From Ostreococcus lucimarinus (lineage: Eukaryota), in the NCBI GenBank assembly GCA_000092065.1, contig CP000582.1: 64,000 bases of DNA; one strand, written 5' to 3'. The translations under genes and the position numbers were made by a program. The notes under the pieces were generated by a model. The model searched no databases and was not told the origin of the DNA. It was given only the letters and a program-made list of their open reading frames with translations. Positions 1 through 10,475 of the stretch are shown here, in pieces. How positions within the stretch are numbered: position 1 is the stretch's first letter; every line of letters begins with the position of its first letter.

Positions 1-967
1 CTCAGTAAGTTGCATCAAGTTCAGGTCTGTGTTGTTCTCAATCTTGGATTCCGATTGTTGACTTTGTTTTATAGCACTTGCGAGAGTCTTTACTACAACG
101 AATTGTTCCTCCACTCATCACAATGTTGAACGCTGAACCTGAAATTCAGTATGTCGCGTTGACGAGTATAAGTGAAATCATGGATGCCTTTGTATTTCCG
201 TTTTTGCACAGTTACAAGGTAAAATGTTCGATTAATGGTCAGTCTAGGAACTGATGTGTGTTTAGGCATTTTTCTGCAAATACAATGACCCGTCGTATGT
301 GAAACATGAAAAGCTGAATATTCTCGTCAAAATTACGAATGAGAACAACGTTGGCGATATTTTACTCGAGCTCAAAGAATATTCTGGTGAAGTGGACATC
401 GAGTTCGCACGAAAAGCCATTCGCTCGATCGGTATATGTGCTCTATCTGTGCCTGAATATTCACAGGGGTGCGTTAGTGCACTTATGTGCATTATTGACA
501 CGAAAGTTAACTATGCCGTTCAAGAGGCGCTAGTTGTTTTAAAGGACATATTCCGGTGTTACCCAGATCGGTATGAGAGTGTGATATCGCGTTTATGTCA
601 ATCACTCGTGAGTTTGGATGAACCAGAAGCAAAGAAGTCTTTCATTTGGATTCTTGGCGAGTACGCTGATCGCATCGAAAATGTTATCGATTTATTGCGA
701 ACGTTTATTGATGGTGTCGATGATGAACCTGTCGTTGTACAGCTCCAATTACTTACATCGACAGTTAAGCTATTTCTTAAACGTCCGAGCGAAGAGTCAA
801 AATCCCTCGTTCAGCAGATGTTGATGTTTGCTACCCATGAAAGTGAGCACCCTGATCTTCGGGATCGGGCATATGTATACTGGCGGCTTTTAAGCCATGG
901 AGGCGATAAAGTGGCGAGTGTTGTCACCTCACACATGCCCGCCCCACAATGCAACCCTTCCTCGTAG
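1..967 (+). CDS. Beta-adaptin (AP complex beta large subunit), 5'-partial. Window starts inside the gene; one short intron at about 230..263. ORF ends at 967, at the trunk/hinge boundary.
   Basis: Translation of exons matches the AP-1/AP-2 beta trunk: EPEIQYVAL, FFCKYNDPSYVKHEKLNIL, LKEYSGEVDIEF, VNYAVQEALVVLKDIFRCYP, PDLRDRAYVYWRLLS. GTAAAAT..TTAG intron restores the frame. A convergent gene ends at 1044, so no room remains for hinge or ear. Confidence 0.8.
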
Positions 968-1043
968 TTGGCCTTTGTCAATACAAGCATGAAACTACTG
1001 TAGATCACATGATGGGGTATTCGCACACGCAGGTACTTTCGCA

Positions 1044-2501
1044 TCAAGTGACCGATATCAATAACTTGTTTTTTTTTCCAGCGGCAAGCAGTAGTAGCCT
1101 ACCGTCGACAATGTCTGCCATGCTCACGGTAGCTTCATCTGACAAGACTTTGATGTTGTTAAGTCGCAAACCTCCACCTTGAATCAACCGCTTGGTGGCG
1201 CCTTTGCTTGGCTGTAATCCTACGTCAACAGCCAGTTGGACTAGACTGATGCCTAACACCTGTTGCATAGGGAGTGTTGCGCTCGGTACGATACCTTCGA
1301 GAGCAGTCAACGCGGTCACATCTAAATCAGTGTCCGCCCCTGGTTTCAGCACAGAGGTAGCAGCCTGCGCTTCTTCCAACCCTTGCACTCCGTGAACAAA
1401 TCGCGTTACTTCCTCAGCGAGACGCCTTTGGACAGTGTTTACTATGTAGCTAGGCTGACTCATGTGACGTTCATACTCTAAAACTTCAGCCAACGGTACA
1501 AACGTCAGCATCTTCAGGAGTCGAATGACGTCAGCGTCATCTACGTTCAGGAAATATTGATAGAACTTGTAAGGTGACAATCTCGAAGTAGAAAGCCAAA
1601 TCGCGCCTTGCTCAGATTTTCCAAATTTTGTGCCATCTGACTTTAGTAGAAGTGGAAAGGTAAGCCCAGATACGTCAGCAGAAGGTTCAAGTCTGCGTAT
1701 AAGGTCGGTCCCAGCGGTGATATTCCCCCACTGGTCACTCCCACCGACTTGCACAGACACTTGTTGTGATCGGAGAAGATGAACGAAATCATAACCTTGC
1801 AAAAGCTGATATGCAAACTCGGTAAAGCTTATACCACTTTCACTTGAAAGTCGAGACTTGACACTATCTTTTGCAAGCATGGTCCCCAGGCGTGAATACT
1901 TCCCAACGTCCCGCAAGAAGTCCAAGAAACTCATGTCAGCATACCAATCGACGTTATTGACGACTATTAGCGACGTATCAGTGGAATTATCTGTCAATAT
2001 CTTTTGGATCGTGTTGGAAATAGCCTCAGCGTTCACAGCTATTGTAGTTTCGTCCAGTATAGGTCGCTCCGAAGACTTTCCAGAAGGATCGCCCACTCTA
2101 CCTGTCGCCCCGCCAATCAGAGCGACTGGTGTGTGTCCGTACTTCTCAAACCAGGATAGTACGACTATACCTAGCAAATTGCCAATGTGCAAGGAATCCG
2201 CAGTGGGGTCAAAACCACAGTAAACTCGTAAAGAACTCCCCTCCAACACTGACTCATTCGTGCACGCCTCGACGAGGCCACGTGCGTGGAGTTCGCCATA
2301 AACACTCGATTCGTACCTTTCATCGTCCGCAAACGCCCTCAATCGTGAATTCGGCAGCGAAGTAGCTCCGTGACCGCGGTCATTCGCTTGAGTCGTAAGT
2401 CTTCGTTGAGCAGAGCAAGTGCGGTGCGTCGAGAACGCTGAGCGAGCAAATACCGCGCGAAGCATGCCCGAGCCTCTATAAATATTCGAAAGAGCCATCG
2501 T
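1044..2501 (-). CDS. Tyrosyl-tRNA synthetase, bacterial/mitochondrial type, with a C-terminal S4 domain and an N-terminal presequence.
   Basis: HIGH-like motif YCGFDPTADSLHIGNLL; KMSKS-like KFGKSEQGAIWLS; S4-like C-terminus GGLRLNNIKVLSDE. N-terminus from MALSNIYRGSGMLRAVFARSAF is Arg/Ser-rich, as expected for a mitochondrial presequence. Start chosen at ATG 2501; the ORF itself extends to 2675. Confidence 0.85.
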   Translation of the reverse strand, partial: TMALSNIYRGSGMLRAVFARSAFSTHRTCSAQRRLTTQANDRGHGATSLPNSRLRAFADDERYESSVYGELHARGLVEACTNESVLEGSSLRVYCGFDPTADSLHIGNLLGIVVLSWFEKYGHTPVALIGGATGRVGDPSGKSSERPILDETTIAVNAEAISNTIQKILTDNSTDTSLIVVNNVDWYADMSFLDFLRDVGKYSRLGTMLAKDSVKSRLSSESGISFTEFAYQLLQGYDFVHLLRSQQVSVQVGGSDQWGNITAGTDLIRRLEPSADVSGLTFPLLLKSDGTKFGKSEQGAIWLSTSRLSPYKFYQYFLNVDDADVIRLLKMLTFVPLAEVLEYERHMSQPSYIVNTVQRRLAEEVTRFVHGVQGLEEAQAATSVLKPGADTDLDVTALTALEGIVPSATLPMQQVLGISLVQLAVDVGLQPSKGATKRLIQGGGLRLNNIKVLSDEATVSMADIVDGRLLLLAAGKKNKLLISVT

Positions 2502-2810
2502 CACCGATTTGTTGCAGTTGGGTGACAAACCAGCGTCGTCAGACCTCGCTCCGGACGAGGTTTGGCACTGAGCCACTTGATTCGTCACATAAATCGCAAG
2601 ATGTGGTAATTCTGGTGGTATAGACCACTGTAATACGGAATCCTCCACTCTAACATGCTGGTATATAGATACCACATTTACACTATATATACCGAAATAG
2701 CGAAATTGGAGGTCGCCCCTGTATACATGTCATGTGATAAAAGCCAAGTCTGAGCTCTCGTCGCGAGAGAAGTCGCCGCAACCACTCAGCACACCGAGAA
2801 AGTGGACAGA

Positions 2811-4123
2811 ATGCGTAGTATGTTAGCAAGACACTGTATTGTACGGGTAGCTGGCCATTTTTACGGACATAAGTCAACTCTAGGAACGTCGCAACGATCG
2901 TCCACGCGAGTTGTTCGAGGGCCGGGGGGGGCTGCGGCTGTTCGAAGAGAAGGTAAGTCGTACTGAGATTTTGTGAATCGAGTGCCAAGTTGATATGTAT
3001 TGCAGATGTGTTGATTGCATGTCCAGACAATAACGTGACGGAGTATATATTTGAGAAAATCGGAGTTGACTTGCACCGCCGTCCAGAGCACCCACTCGGT
3101 ATCTTGAAGAATGCTATCATGGACTATTTTGATGAAACGTATGGGAAAAACGCGTTTCGAATGTTCGATGATTTGCATCCTATTGTGTCGTCGTACGAAA
3201 ACTTCGATTCAGTTTTGGTACCGGAAGATCACGTATCAAGGTCAAAAAATGACACATACTATGTTACAGCAGATACTGTTTTGCGCTGCCACACGTCGGC
3301 CCATCAACTCAGTCTGTTGAAGCAGGGTGAGAAGCGCTTCCTGGTGACCGGTGATGTCTACAGACGAGATTCGATCGACGCGACGCATTTCCCTGTCTTT
3401 CATCAGATGGAAGGAGTTCGAGTGTTCACTCAAGATGAAATCGCTGGCAGCGAACTCACGGGCGAGGAACTTGCAAGTCAGGAATTAAAAAATATGCTAG
3501 AGGGTCTTGCGCGTCATCTATTTGGAGAAGTTGAAATGCGTTGGGTAGATGCTTACTTTCCATTCACTAATCCCTCGTACGAACTTGAAATTTACTTCAA
3601 TGGTGAGTGGTTGGAAGTTTTGGGGTGCGGTGTGATGGAAACTAAAATTCTGAACGAAGCATCCCTAGTAAATGAGCGCGCGTGGGCATTTGGTTTAGGA
3701 CTTGAACGTCTTGCTATGGTTTTATTCGACATCCCTGACATCCGACTGTTCTGGACTGATGATGCACGGTTCTTGAAACAGTTCAAGCCCGGGATGTTCC
3801 GAAGTGGAGGCGTCGGGATGCAAAAATTCAAAAGTTATTCAAAATACCCCCCTTGCTACAAAGACGTTTCTTTCTGGTTACCCGACGAATCGACATTCAC
3901 TGAAAACAACCTGTGTGAAATCGTGCGTGCAACTGCCGGCGATATAGTTGAGGAAGTGAAACTGATAGATGAGTTCCGCAATCCCAAAACAGACAAGGTT
4001 TCGAACTGTTTTAGAATTTCTTATCGCTCCATGGATCGATCCCTTACCGATGATGAAATTAACGAATTGCAGGAAACCGTGCGCGAATCTCTCGTTGAAA
4101 AACTTGGTGTGACTCTTCGATAG
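2811..4123 (+). CDS. Phenylalanyl-tRNA synthetase, monomeric mitochondrial type (FARS2-like). Two exons: 2811..2952 and 3006..4123.
   Basis: Class II motifs and FARS2-like blocks: HPLGILKNAIMDYF, TSAHQLSLL, FRMFDDLHPIVSSYENFD, GLGLERLAMVLFDIPDIRLFW. Intron GTAAGT..TGCAG at 2953..3005 joins an N-terminal presequence exon (MRSMLARHCIVRVAG...) in phase. Confidence 0.85.
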
Positions 4124-4414
4124 TATGCGTAGACTTCTTCGTCACTTCGGACTTTCGTCTGGTGCGTCATCACGTATTTTAATATCAAATGACCCATATC
4201 AAGCATGATGAATCGACGTGTAAGCTAAAAGTTGGACACAATCGAGTCCCGGTCTGCCGTAGGACACATCTGCCTCACGCAGTGGTGCCATACGTGTTCT
4301 GTGGTTCGTAACGTGACGTCATCATCTGATCAGACACACTAAAATCTGACCGGTTACGCTGTAGTACAACTTGTACAGTCAGTCGTAGCTGCTTGTGATA
4401 GCTTTAGGGTAACG

Positions 4415-4701
4415 ATGTACCAGGAACCAAAATCAAGTGGCGGCGGCGGTGTGGCGTACAACTGTGGTGGTATGTATCTGTGTAATCGGCTTCATCCATG
4501 ATCTGACAGCGAAATACACCGGTAGATTGTGGCTCTGAGGTGCTCTTACGCCCGGGTGATGTTATAATCTGCCGAGAGTGTGGGTATCGCATCTTGTACA
4601 AAAAGAGGACGAAGCAAGGTATCGTGTCGTTAGTTCTACTCTATACTCGTAGTTTTTTTACAACCTTTTTACCCGCAGTCGTACAGTTTGAGGCACGATA
4701 A
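4415..4701 (+). CDS. RPB12: RNA polymerase common subunit ABC10-alpha (RPB12/RPC10), 56 aa. Three exons: 4415..4469, 4526..4618, 4679..4701.
   Basis: Spliced product is [56 protein letters not shown]. It has the CxxC...CxxC zinc ribbon and the YKKRTK..V.FEAR C-terminus of RPB12. Donors GTATGT and GTATCG; acceptors TAG and CAG. Confidence 0.75.
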
Positions 4702-4829
4702 GCTATGTCGGTCCACAAACCACACGGAGCACGTGTCACCTGGGCCAAAACCCACAAACCCTGCACAGTTTTAGCGCGTCCACGTCTTTCGAGTAGGACA
4801 CAACTGCGTCCTAAACACCACTGTATTAG

Positions 4830-5204
4830 TTACGCAACGGTGCCTGTATCCTTCCATTTGTTCCCGCAATTTATACATTGAAAGAACAAAGACATTCCCT
4901 CTGTAGTAGTCTGCGAGAAAAAGACCGCCTCTCTTGCATCACACAGTGAACACTGTACATCTTTAGAACGCGGCAGCGTTGGATCCGTTCGTACGTCGTG
5001 TATAACTGCGGTTATCTCTGACGCGGAATGGAATATCGTGCGTCTATGTACGCAATTCTCTGTCGCGGCGATCGTGTAGTCACAATTTCGACAGAAATAT
5101 ACTAGTTTCTTGTTGACACGATCCTCTTTGGGATACAGTAGATCGTTGCTGTTAGGGCAAAACCTCAGCGGTACAGCACCGCTATGTGTGTCGCTGCCAG
5201 CCAT
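4830..5204 (-). CDS. RPB9: RNA polymerase II subunit RPB9 (TFIIS-type zinc-ribbon subunit), 124 aa.
   Basis: MAGSDTHSGAVPLRFCPNSNDLLYPKEDRVNKKLVYFCRNCDY shows the N-terminal RPB9 zinc ribbon (FRFC..C.N.LYP.ED). DPTLPRS hallmark is present, and the C-terminus has a ribbon with FFSQ...FFQCINCGNKWKD. Start ATG at 5204 sits inside a longer ORF. Confidence 0.8.
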   Translation of the reverse strand: MAGSDTHSGAVPLRFCPNSNDLLYPKEDRVNKKLVYFCRNCDYTIAATENCVHRRTIFHSASEITAVIHDVRTDPTLPRSKDVQCSLCDAREAVFFSQTTTEGMSLFFQCINCGNKWKDTGTVA

Positions 5205-5617
5205 TCCGTTTCTCACTGTCGACACACGCGCTATCTTCTCACGTCGCACTCGACGTTGGTGTCCCGTTCGCGTTTGTATTTTACGGGATACGTCCCTTTT
5301 GCAGGGTATGCATACAAATGCTCGTATCCGATAGGCTACAAAAATCAAGTATATTGGTATAAAATCAGTCGATGCGATGGATAAAATTCGGTCATCGAAA
5401 CCCGTTTGCTCTTCTGTCGACACGCTCTTCACGGCTTCGTGCGCCGCTCGTCGAAGCTCTTACATCGGGCGCCTGATCAACACTGGACCTTCGTCGCTCT
5501 CCCGCTTCATTTCGAAGAAATATACTGGCGAAACACTCTATTCCCTTGGTACTGTTGTGATCAGTATAGCCAAGCTCAGCACACCTTGGGCTATTTGCTT
5601 ATTCGTTTGACCACTTG

Positions 5618-6500
5618 ATGTCTAGCGCGTTGACACCATCTACTTTGCACACACGTGATGTATGGGCGCATAATTTGGATGAAGAGTGTGCACTGATTCG
5701 TGAGGTTGTATGTAACTACCCATATGTCGCGATGGATACCGAGTTTCCTGGTGTTGTGCGTATTCTGTCTTCTTACCTTTTTCCATAATTCTCACAGTCG
5801 TCTCTAGGTCGCTCGCCCAGTTGGCTCTTTCAAACACCAAGCCGAATTTCAATACCAAACTTTACGTTGCAATGTGGACTTGCTCAAGTTGATTCAACTT
5901 GGTTTGACATTTTCAGACGGTGCTGGAAATTTACCAGTCGTCGATGGGCGGTTCTGTATATGGCAATTCAACTTCAAAGAATTCAACGTTAAAGATGAGC
6001 TCTACGCGCAAGATTCTATCGAGCTATTAAAGGAAAGTGGTATCGATTTCAATTTGCTGGAGGAACGTGGAATAGACATTGTTCAGTTTGGCGAGAAACT
6101 TATGGTTAGTGGTGTGGTTTTGAACGATGATATCCGCTGGTTAACATTTCATAGTAGTTACGACTTTGGGTACTTACTCAAGCTACTGACAAACGCTCCA
6201 CTGCCTGACAAAGAGGCTGACTTTTTTACACTTCTGCAGTGTTATTTCCCGTGTATTTATGACATCAAACACTTGATGCAGTTTGTTGGTAACATGCACG
6301 GCGGACTGAATAAACTTGCCGAATATTTACATGTAGCACGTATAGGGCCTCAGCACCAGGCCGGTAGTGATAGTTTGCTCACCGCACATACGTTTTTCAA
6401 GCTTCAGAAGTCTCACTTCTCAAATGTGAACATGCATCAGTTCGCTGGATCGTTATATGGTTTAGGTCAGGAATCTCTCAGCCAGCCCATAGCTGATTGA
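5618..6500 (+). CDS. CAF1: CCR4-NOT deadenylase subunit CAF1/POP2 (CNOT7-like). Two exons: 5618..5755 and 5808..6500.
   Basis: VWAHNLDEECALIREVV, YVAMDTEFPGVVARPVGSF, LRCNVDLLKLIQLGLTF, FHSSYDFGYLLKLLT and HQAGSDSLLTAHTFFKL are DEDD-nuclease CAF1 blocks. Intron GTGCGT..CTAG restores the frame. Confidence 0.85.
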
Positions 6501-6830
6501 TTTATGAGACTCTAAAATTTTAAACACATTGTCGGCGTATTGTCTGAATGAGAAGTTACTGCCGCATTACTATTTGTGATATTGAATGTCGACCGCCAAT
6601 GGCCTAGTCTCTGTAATATGTGAACATCGAACATTTTAAATTACTCGCAGCTGGCCCATTTTCACTTTTTATTTTTCTTCCTGTTGTAGTATATATATCT
6701 CCCTGTAAATTATTAATAACATATATTGGCATCAGTTTACAATATCAAGAAACAGTGGCGGTCATTTGCTGATCAAACTCTTAGTTTTGTGTGTGTGCTG
6801 CGTCATGTTGTGTGGGCTCACTTCGCAGCG

Positions 6831-7982
6831 ATGGCGGCGAGGCACCAGTTCGAGAACAGGTATTCTTTGTACTCGGATTGATTGTTTAATGGCCTGACGC
6901 GGAGATATAAGCAATGAAATCGGGGTATTCGCAGCATTAACAAATGCGTACTGTCTTGCAGCCGTAGGTGGCTCGGAAAACTTTTACAGGTGGGCCGTTT
7001 TCCAAAACCTCGCGTGTATTTGTGTAAACTTTCCTTGTAGCGTATTTGAAGCAGAGTTAAGTAACGAAATACCCGTTATCAAGGCAAGTTTGGCCGGGAC
7101 AAGGCTCGTTGGGCGTCTTAGTGTCGGTATGTCCAAATATCGAACGTTGGACGTGGCGTGACTGTACTCCTTTTAGGGAACAAGCACGGCTTGTTGTTAC
7201 CGACTTCAGCAACAGATCAAGGTATCCTCATCTACCGATGGTTTGGCTTTTATAACCCTTGTCCCCCGTGTAGAAGTAATGCACATAAGGAATTCCCTAC
7301 CAGATGAAGTAATAGTGCAGAGGACGGAGGAACGACTGTCAGGTATTTTGTTGGCAAACTGGGCAGCCCGAGAAATTTACCTCGCATCAGCCTTAGGCAA
7401 CTGCGTGGCTTGCAATGACCACGTTGCGCTTGTCCACCCGGACATAGATCAGGAAACTGAAGAAATCATCGCAGATGTTCTCGGCGTTGAAGTATTTCGA
7501 CAGGTACATTCGATACAATGTCAACATGGAAGAAAATATTTTTACACGAGATATAGAGCGTTGCCGGTAACGTCCTCGTTGGTAGCTTTTGTAAATTTTC
7601 GAATCGGGGTGGTATGGTTCACCCGCAGGCCTCGGTTCAAGAAGTCGATGAGCTATCATCCCTCTTGCAGGTGCGACAAAAGGCCATAGATCGAAGAGCA
7701 CGCATCTTACCTTTTCAATAATTTGTAGGTTCCGCTTGTGGCCGGCACAATAAATCGCGGCAGCGATGTGATTGGTGCTGGTCTGCTTGTGAATGACTGG
7801 ATCGCTTTCTGCGGGCTCGATACAACTTCTACGGAGATACAGGTATGGTCTCTTGTATGCGCTTTTTATCTCACTTACTCATGATTTATTCCAGGTCATA
7901 GAGAGCATTTATCAGCTCCACGGTGCAGACTCAAGCGGAGCTGTACGAGACATACGAGCCTCTCTCTTGGATACCCTCGTCT
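6831..7982 (+). CDS. EIF6: Translation initiation factor 6 (eIF6), about eight exons. First exon is about 29 nt.
   Basis: Joined exons give [35 protein letters not shown]...[69 protein letters not shown]...[27 protein letters not shown]...[46 protein letters not shown]. Every junction is GT..AG. Exon coordinates are approximate (+/-2 nt). Confidence 0.85.
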
Positions 7983-8007
7983 AGCTCATTACACTTTCAA
8001 TTAATAT

Positions 8008-9027
8008 CTAGCTATGTCGCGTCATCTCAAATCTTGCTTGATGGAATAAGGATATCAGGTACAACGTTTGATTTTTCTCAGAGCAAGCGAAACTCAGAGA
8101 GTACTCAATATCTGAAAGTCCTCTGAGCAACCGTGCTCTCGTTCCCGCCGCCATATGCAGGGTAAGCAAAGACTCAGATAGAGGCTTGACGATGTCGACC
8201 AGCGCAAAGTTCTGAGTACATTTCAGACGATTAAAATGTTCAAAAGTCCCTTGGAGTGGTTCGTTGAGGAGAAATCGCAACAGCTCGTCCACTTGGAGCT
8301 GGCCAACATGACCTGTTATCAAATGAATTGCGTCATCTGTGACAACAGATGCCGACAGACTGACACTCTGAAGTATGTTGACGGTCTTCCGCATATCACC
8401 TTCGCCAAGTTTCTGGATTGTCGCAAGTGAGTTATCAGAAATACTGAAGTTTTCGCTATTCACGATATGCCGCAGTCGCTGCAACATATCTCCTGACGCA
8501 ATTGGAGAGAATCTAAATTTCGTGCACCTGCTTTGCAGCGCTGGGATGACTTTGGAGGCGTAATTACATATCAAACAAAAGCGCGTATGCTGAGTGTACT
8601 TTTCCATAATTCTCCGCAGCGCGAACTGTGCGTCTTTGGTCATGCTGTCACACTCGTCCATAATAACGAGTTTGAATGTCGTCGAAAAGGGTCGCATGGT
8701 CGATGCAAATGATTGGATTTCATCACGAACGACATTAATACCACGCGCATCGGAGGCGTTCAGTTCAAGAACCATATTAGAAAAGTTCAATCCATAAAGC
8801 TCTTTAGCGAGCGCCAAGATTGTGGACGTCTTTCCCGTTCCCGGGGGGCCGTGGAACAGTAAGTGCGGAAGCTGGCCGCCATCCGCAAACTTGTTGATGA
8901 CATCAACTATCGCTTTATGTGCAACCACTTCACTCAAACCCACTGGCCGATATTTTTCCGTCCACGGAAGAGCTCTATTCACGCTCGGATCGTCCACACA
9001 AACCATTTCGCCTGAAGCAGGGCGCAC
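8008..9027 (-). CDS. RFC5: Replication factor C small subunit (RFC5-type, 36-38 kDa AAA+ clamp-loader subunit).
   Basis: LPWTEKYRP, Walker A LLFHGPPGTGKTST, VLELNASD, Walker B KLVIMDECDSMT, SRC motif IPALQSRCTKFRF, sensor GDMRKTVNILQS. Collinear with RFC5 over the full length. Its first roughly 155 nt (8873..9027) are duplicated at 12117..12271. Confidence 0.85.
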   Translation of the reverse strand: MRPASGEMVCVDDPSVNRALPWTEKYRPVGLSEVVAHKAIVDVINKFADGGQLPHLLFHGPPGTGKTSTILALAKELYGLNFSNMVLELNASDARGINVVRDEIQSFASTMRPFSTTFKLVIMDECDSMTKDAQFALRRIMEKYTQHTRFCLICNYASKVIPALQSRCTKFRFSPIASGDMLQRLRHIVNSENFSISDNSLATIQKLGEGDMRKTVNILQSVSLSASVVTDDAIHLITGHVGQLQVDELLRFLLNEPLQGTFEHFNRLKCTQNFALVDIVKPLSESLLTLHMAAGTRARLLRGLSDIEYSLSFACSEKNQTLYLISLFHQARFEMTRHS

Positions 9028-9640
9028 GTCGGCGTCGTTCAGATATCTCGAAAGTATGTAATCAGCCAGCCAAAATCACTTTCGTTACCTTTGTGTCTCG
9101 AGCGTCTTCGGTGTTTGCTGTTGCCAAGCAGAACGCGCACGGTATGCAGAGGCTGAGTGCACGTATTCAAAAACTTGAAACCAACGAGTCCCGCGGTCTC
9201 AGCGGGGTCTGTACGTTTAGCGGGTTTATACATATCATATCGTGTTTCTTCGCGCACGGTATGGATTTACAACTGGGGCTTTCAAGCCCCTTTCTATTAC
9301 GCGAAATTACACGATATTTCGCGAAATCATATCAACATAGGTATTCTTGTAGTATAATACGATACTCATATTATAGGAGTAGAAGGCCTAATACTTATGT
9401 GTATTATCTGACACAGTTCTAATAACTCCACGAGAAATGAGCGCGAACCTGTGTTGGCAGGGCGTTCGTCGGCGGCGGCAGTGAGACGCGATAAACGTGC
9501 TGGCGGATATGAAGGATAACATTTCGGTCGGTCTCGACAAGGGACACGCGGTGACTAAGCGCGAGCTTGCCGCGAAGCCTGGTTCGCGTAAGGGGGTGTG
9601 TATTGCTTTCTACTTTCACGGGTTTTTTCTAACTGCGTGC
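8873..9640. repeat. Source copy of a 768-bp segment duplicated at 100% identity at 12117..12885. It contains the RFC5 5' CDS, the RFC5/RPL36 bidirectional intergenic region, RPL36 exon 1 and most of intron 1.
   Basis: The ORF track shows identical ORFs at 8919..9422 and 12163..12666, 9039..9257 and 12283..12501, 9157..9357 and 12401..12601, 9419..9619 and 12663..12863. Sequence is identical base for base from GCTGGCCGCCATCCGCAAAC to CTAACTGCGTGCGT. Confidence 0.9.
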
Positions 9641-10060
9641 GTAGCGTTGTGGTAAGCGTGTTGGAATGATTCGCGGCCTCATCCGGGAAGTGGCAGGCTC
9701 AGCACCTTACGAAAAGCGTCTCGTCGAACTGCTCAAGAACGGGCGGGACAAACGTGCCCTGAAGTTGGCAAAGAGAAAGGTGCGTACCATATCATTCTTT
9801 AGGGCTTTGCGCGCGAGAAGCACCCGTCGACCCCGTTCTCGATCTGCATTCGTGGAGTGGACTTATGAATCGATAATACTCTGCAGTGCATTGTTCATGG
9901 CCGTCTATTTTCGTCGATTGCCGTGCGCGTCCGCCGACTAACGACTGAACTTTCCTGCCAACAGCTTGGGACGCACCTGCGCGCCAAGAAAAAGCGAGAG
10001 GAAATGGGAAACCTTATGCGAAAGGCTAGCCGAAAAGCGCCTGCTCCCGAGAGCAAGTAA
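9509..10060 (+). CDS. RPL36: 60S ribosomal protein L36e. Three exons: about 9509..9595, 9645..9779, 9965..10060.
   Basis: [29 protein letters not shown] | [45 protein letters not shown] | [31 protein letters not shown]. Blocks GLNKGH.VTK and REV.G.APYE...ELLK..KDKRALK match L36e. Donors GTGTGT and GTGCGT. Confidence 0.8.
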
Positions 10061-10475
10061 AACGTAAATAGATTCAAGTTCGTAACTTCAATCGATTGTA
10101 GTTCGTCATTGAAGACTTCACAACTTTACAAAAGACGATCACTACCCCGACAGCAAACAAACCACGTTCACTGTCCATCACCGGCGACTCTTCGGTAAAC
10201 TCTCTCGCTACGATGAAGTAACTGGTGACACTGGTGTTCTACTAGCTCGTACGCATTCCTGAAATCACGAAAAACTAATCCTACAGCTGCCTCGTCTAAG
10301 ATCTCAGCTAGCCCCTCGAATCTCGAGCCGGCTCCACTGCGCGTCGTTCAAAGTTGCGCGACACAAACGAAGCGCTCTTTCTACGGAATCCTATACAAAG
10401 GCATCGACATTCACTCGACTTCGTACCATCATCGTACGCAACTCCTGTTTCGCGTGTTTCTGGAACCTAGTCAAG

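Noticed and set aside
8919-9422. Pair of identical 167-aa ORFs (8919..9422 and 12163..12666), plus three other identical ORF pairs, suggesting a duplicated gene family.
   Set aside because: They lie in the RFC5/RPL36 intergenic promoter and UTR region and have no homology or splice structure. Their identity only reflects the 768-bp segmental duplication, which is reported as a repeat, not as genes.
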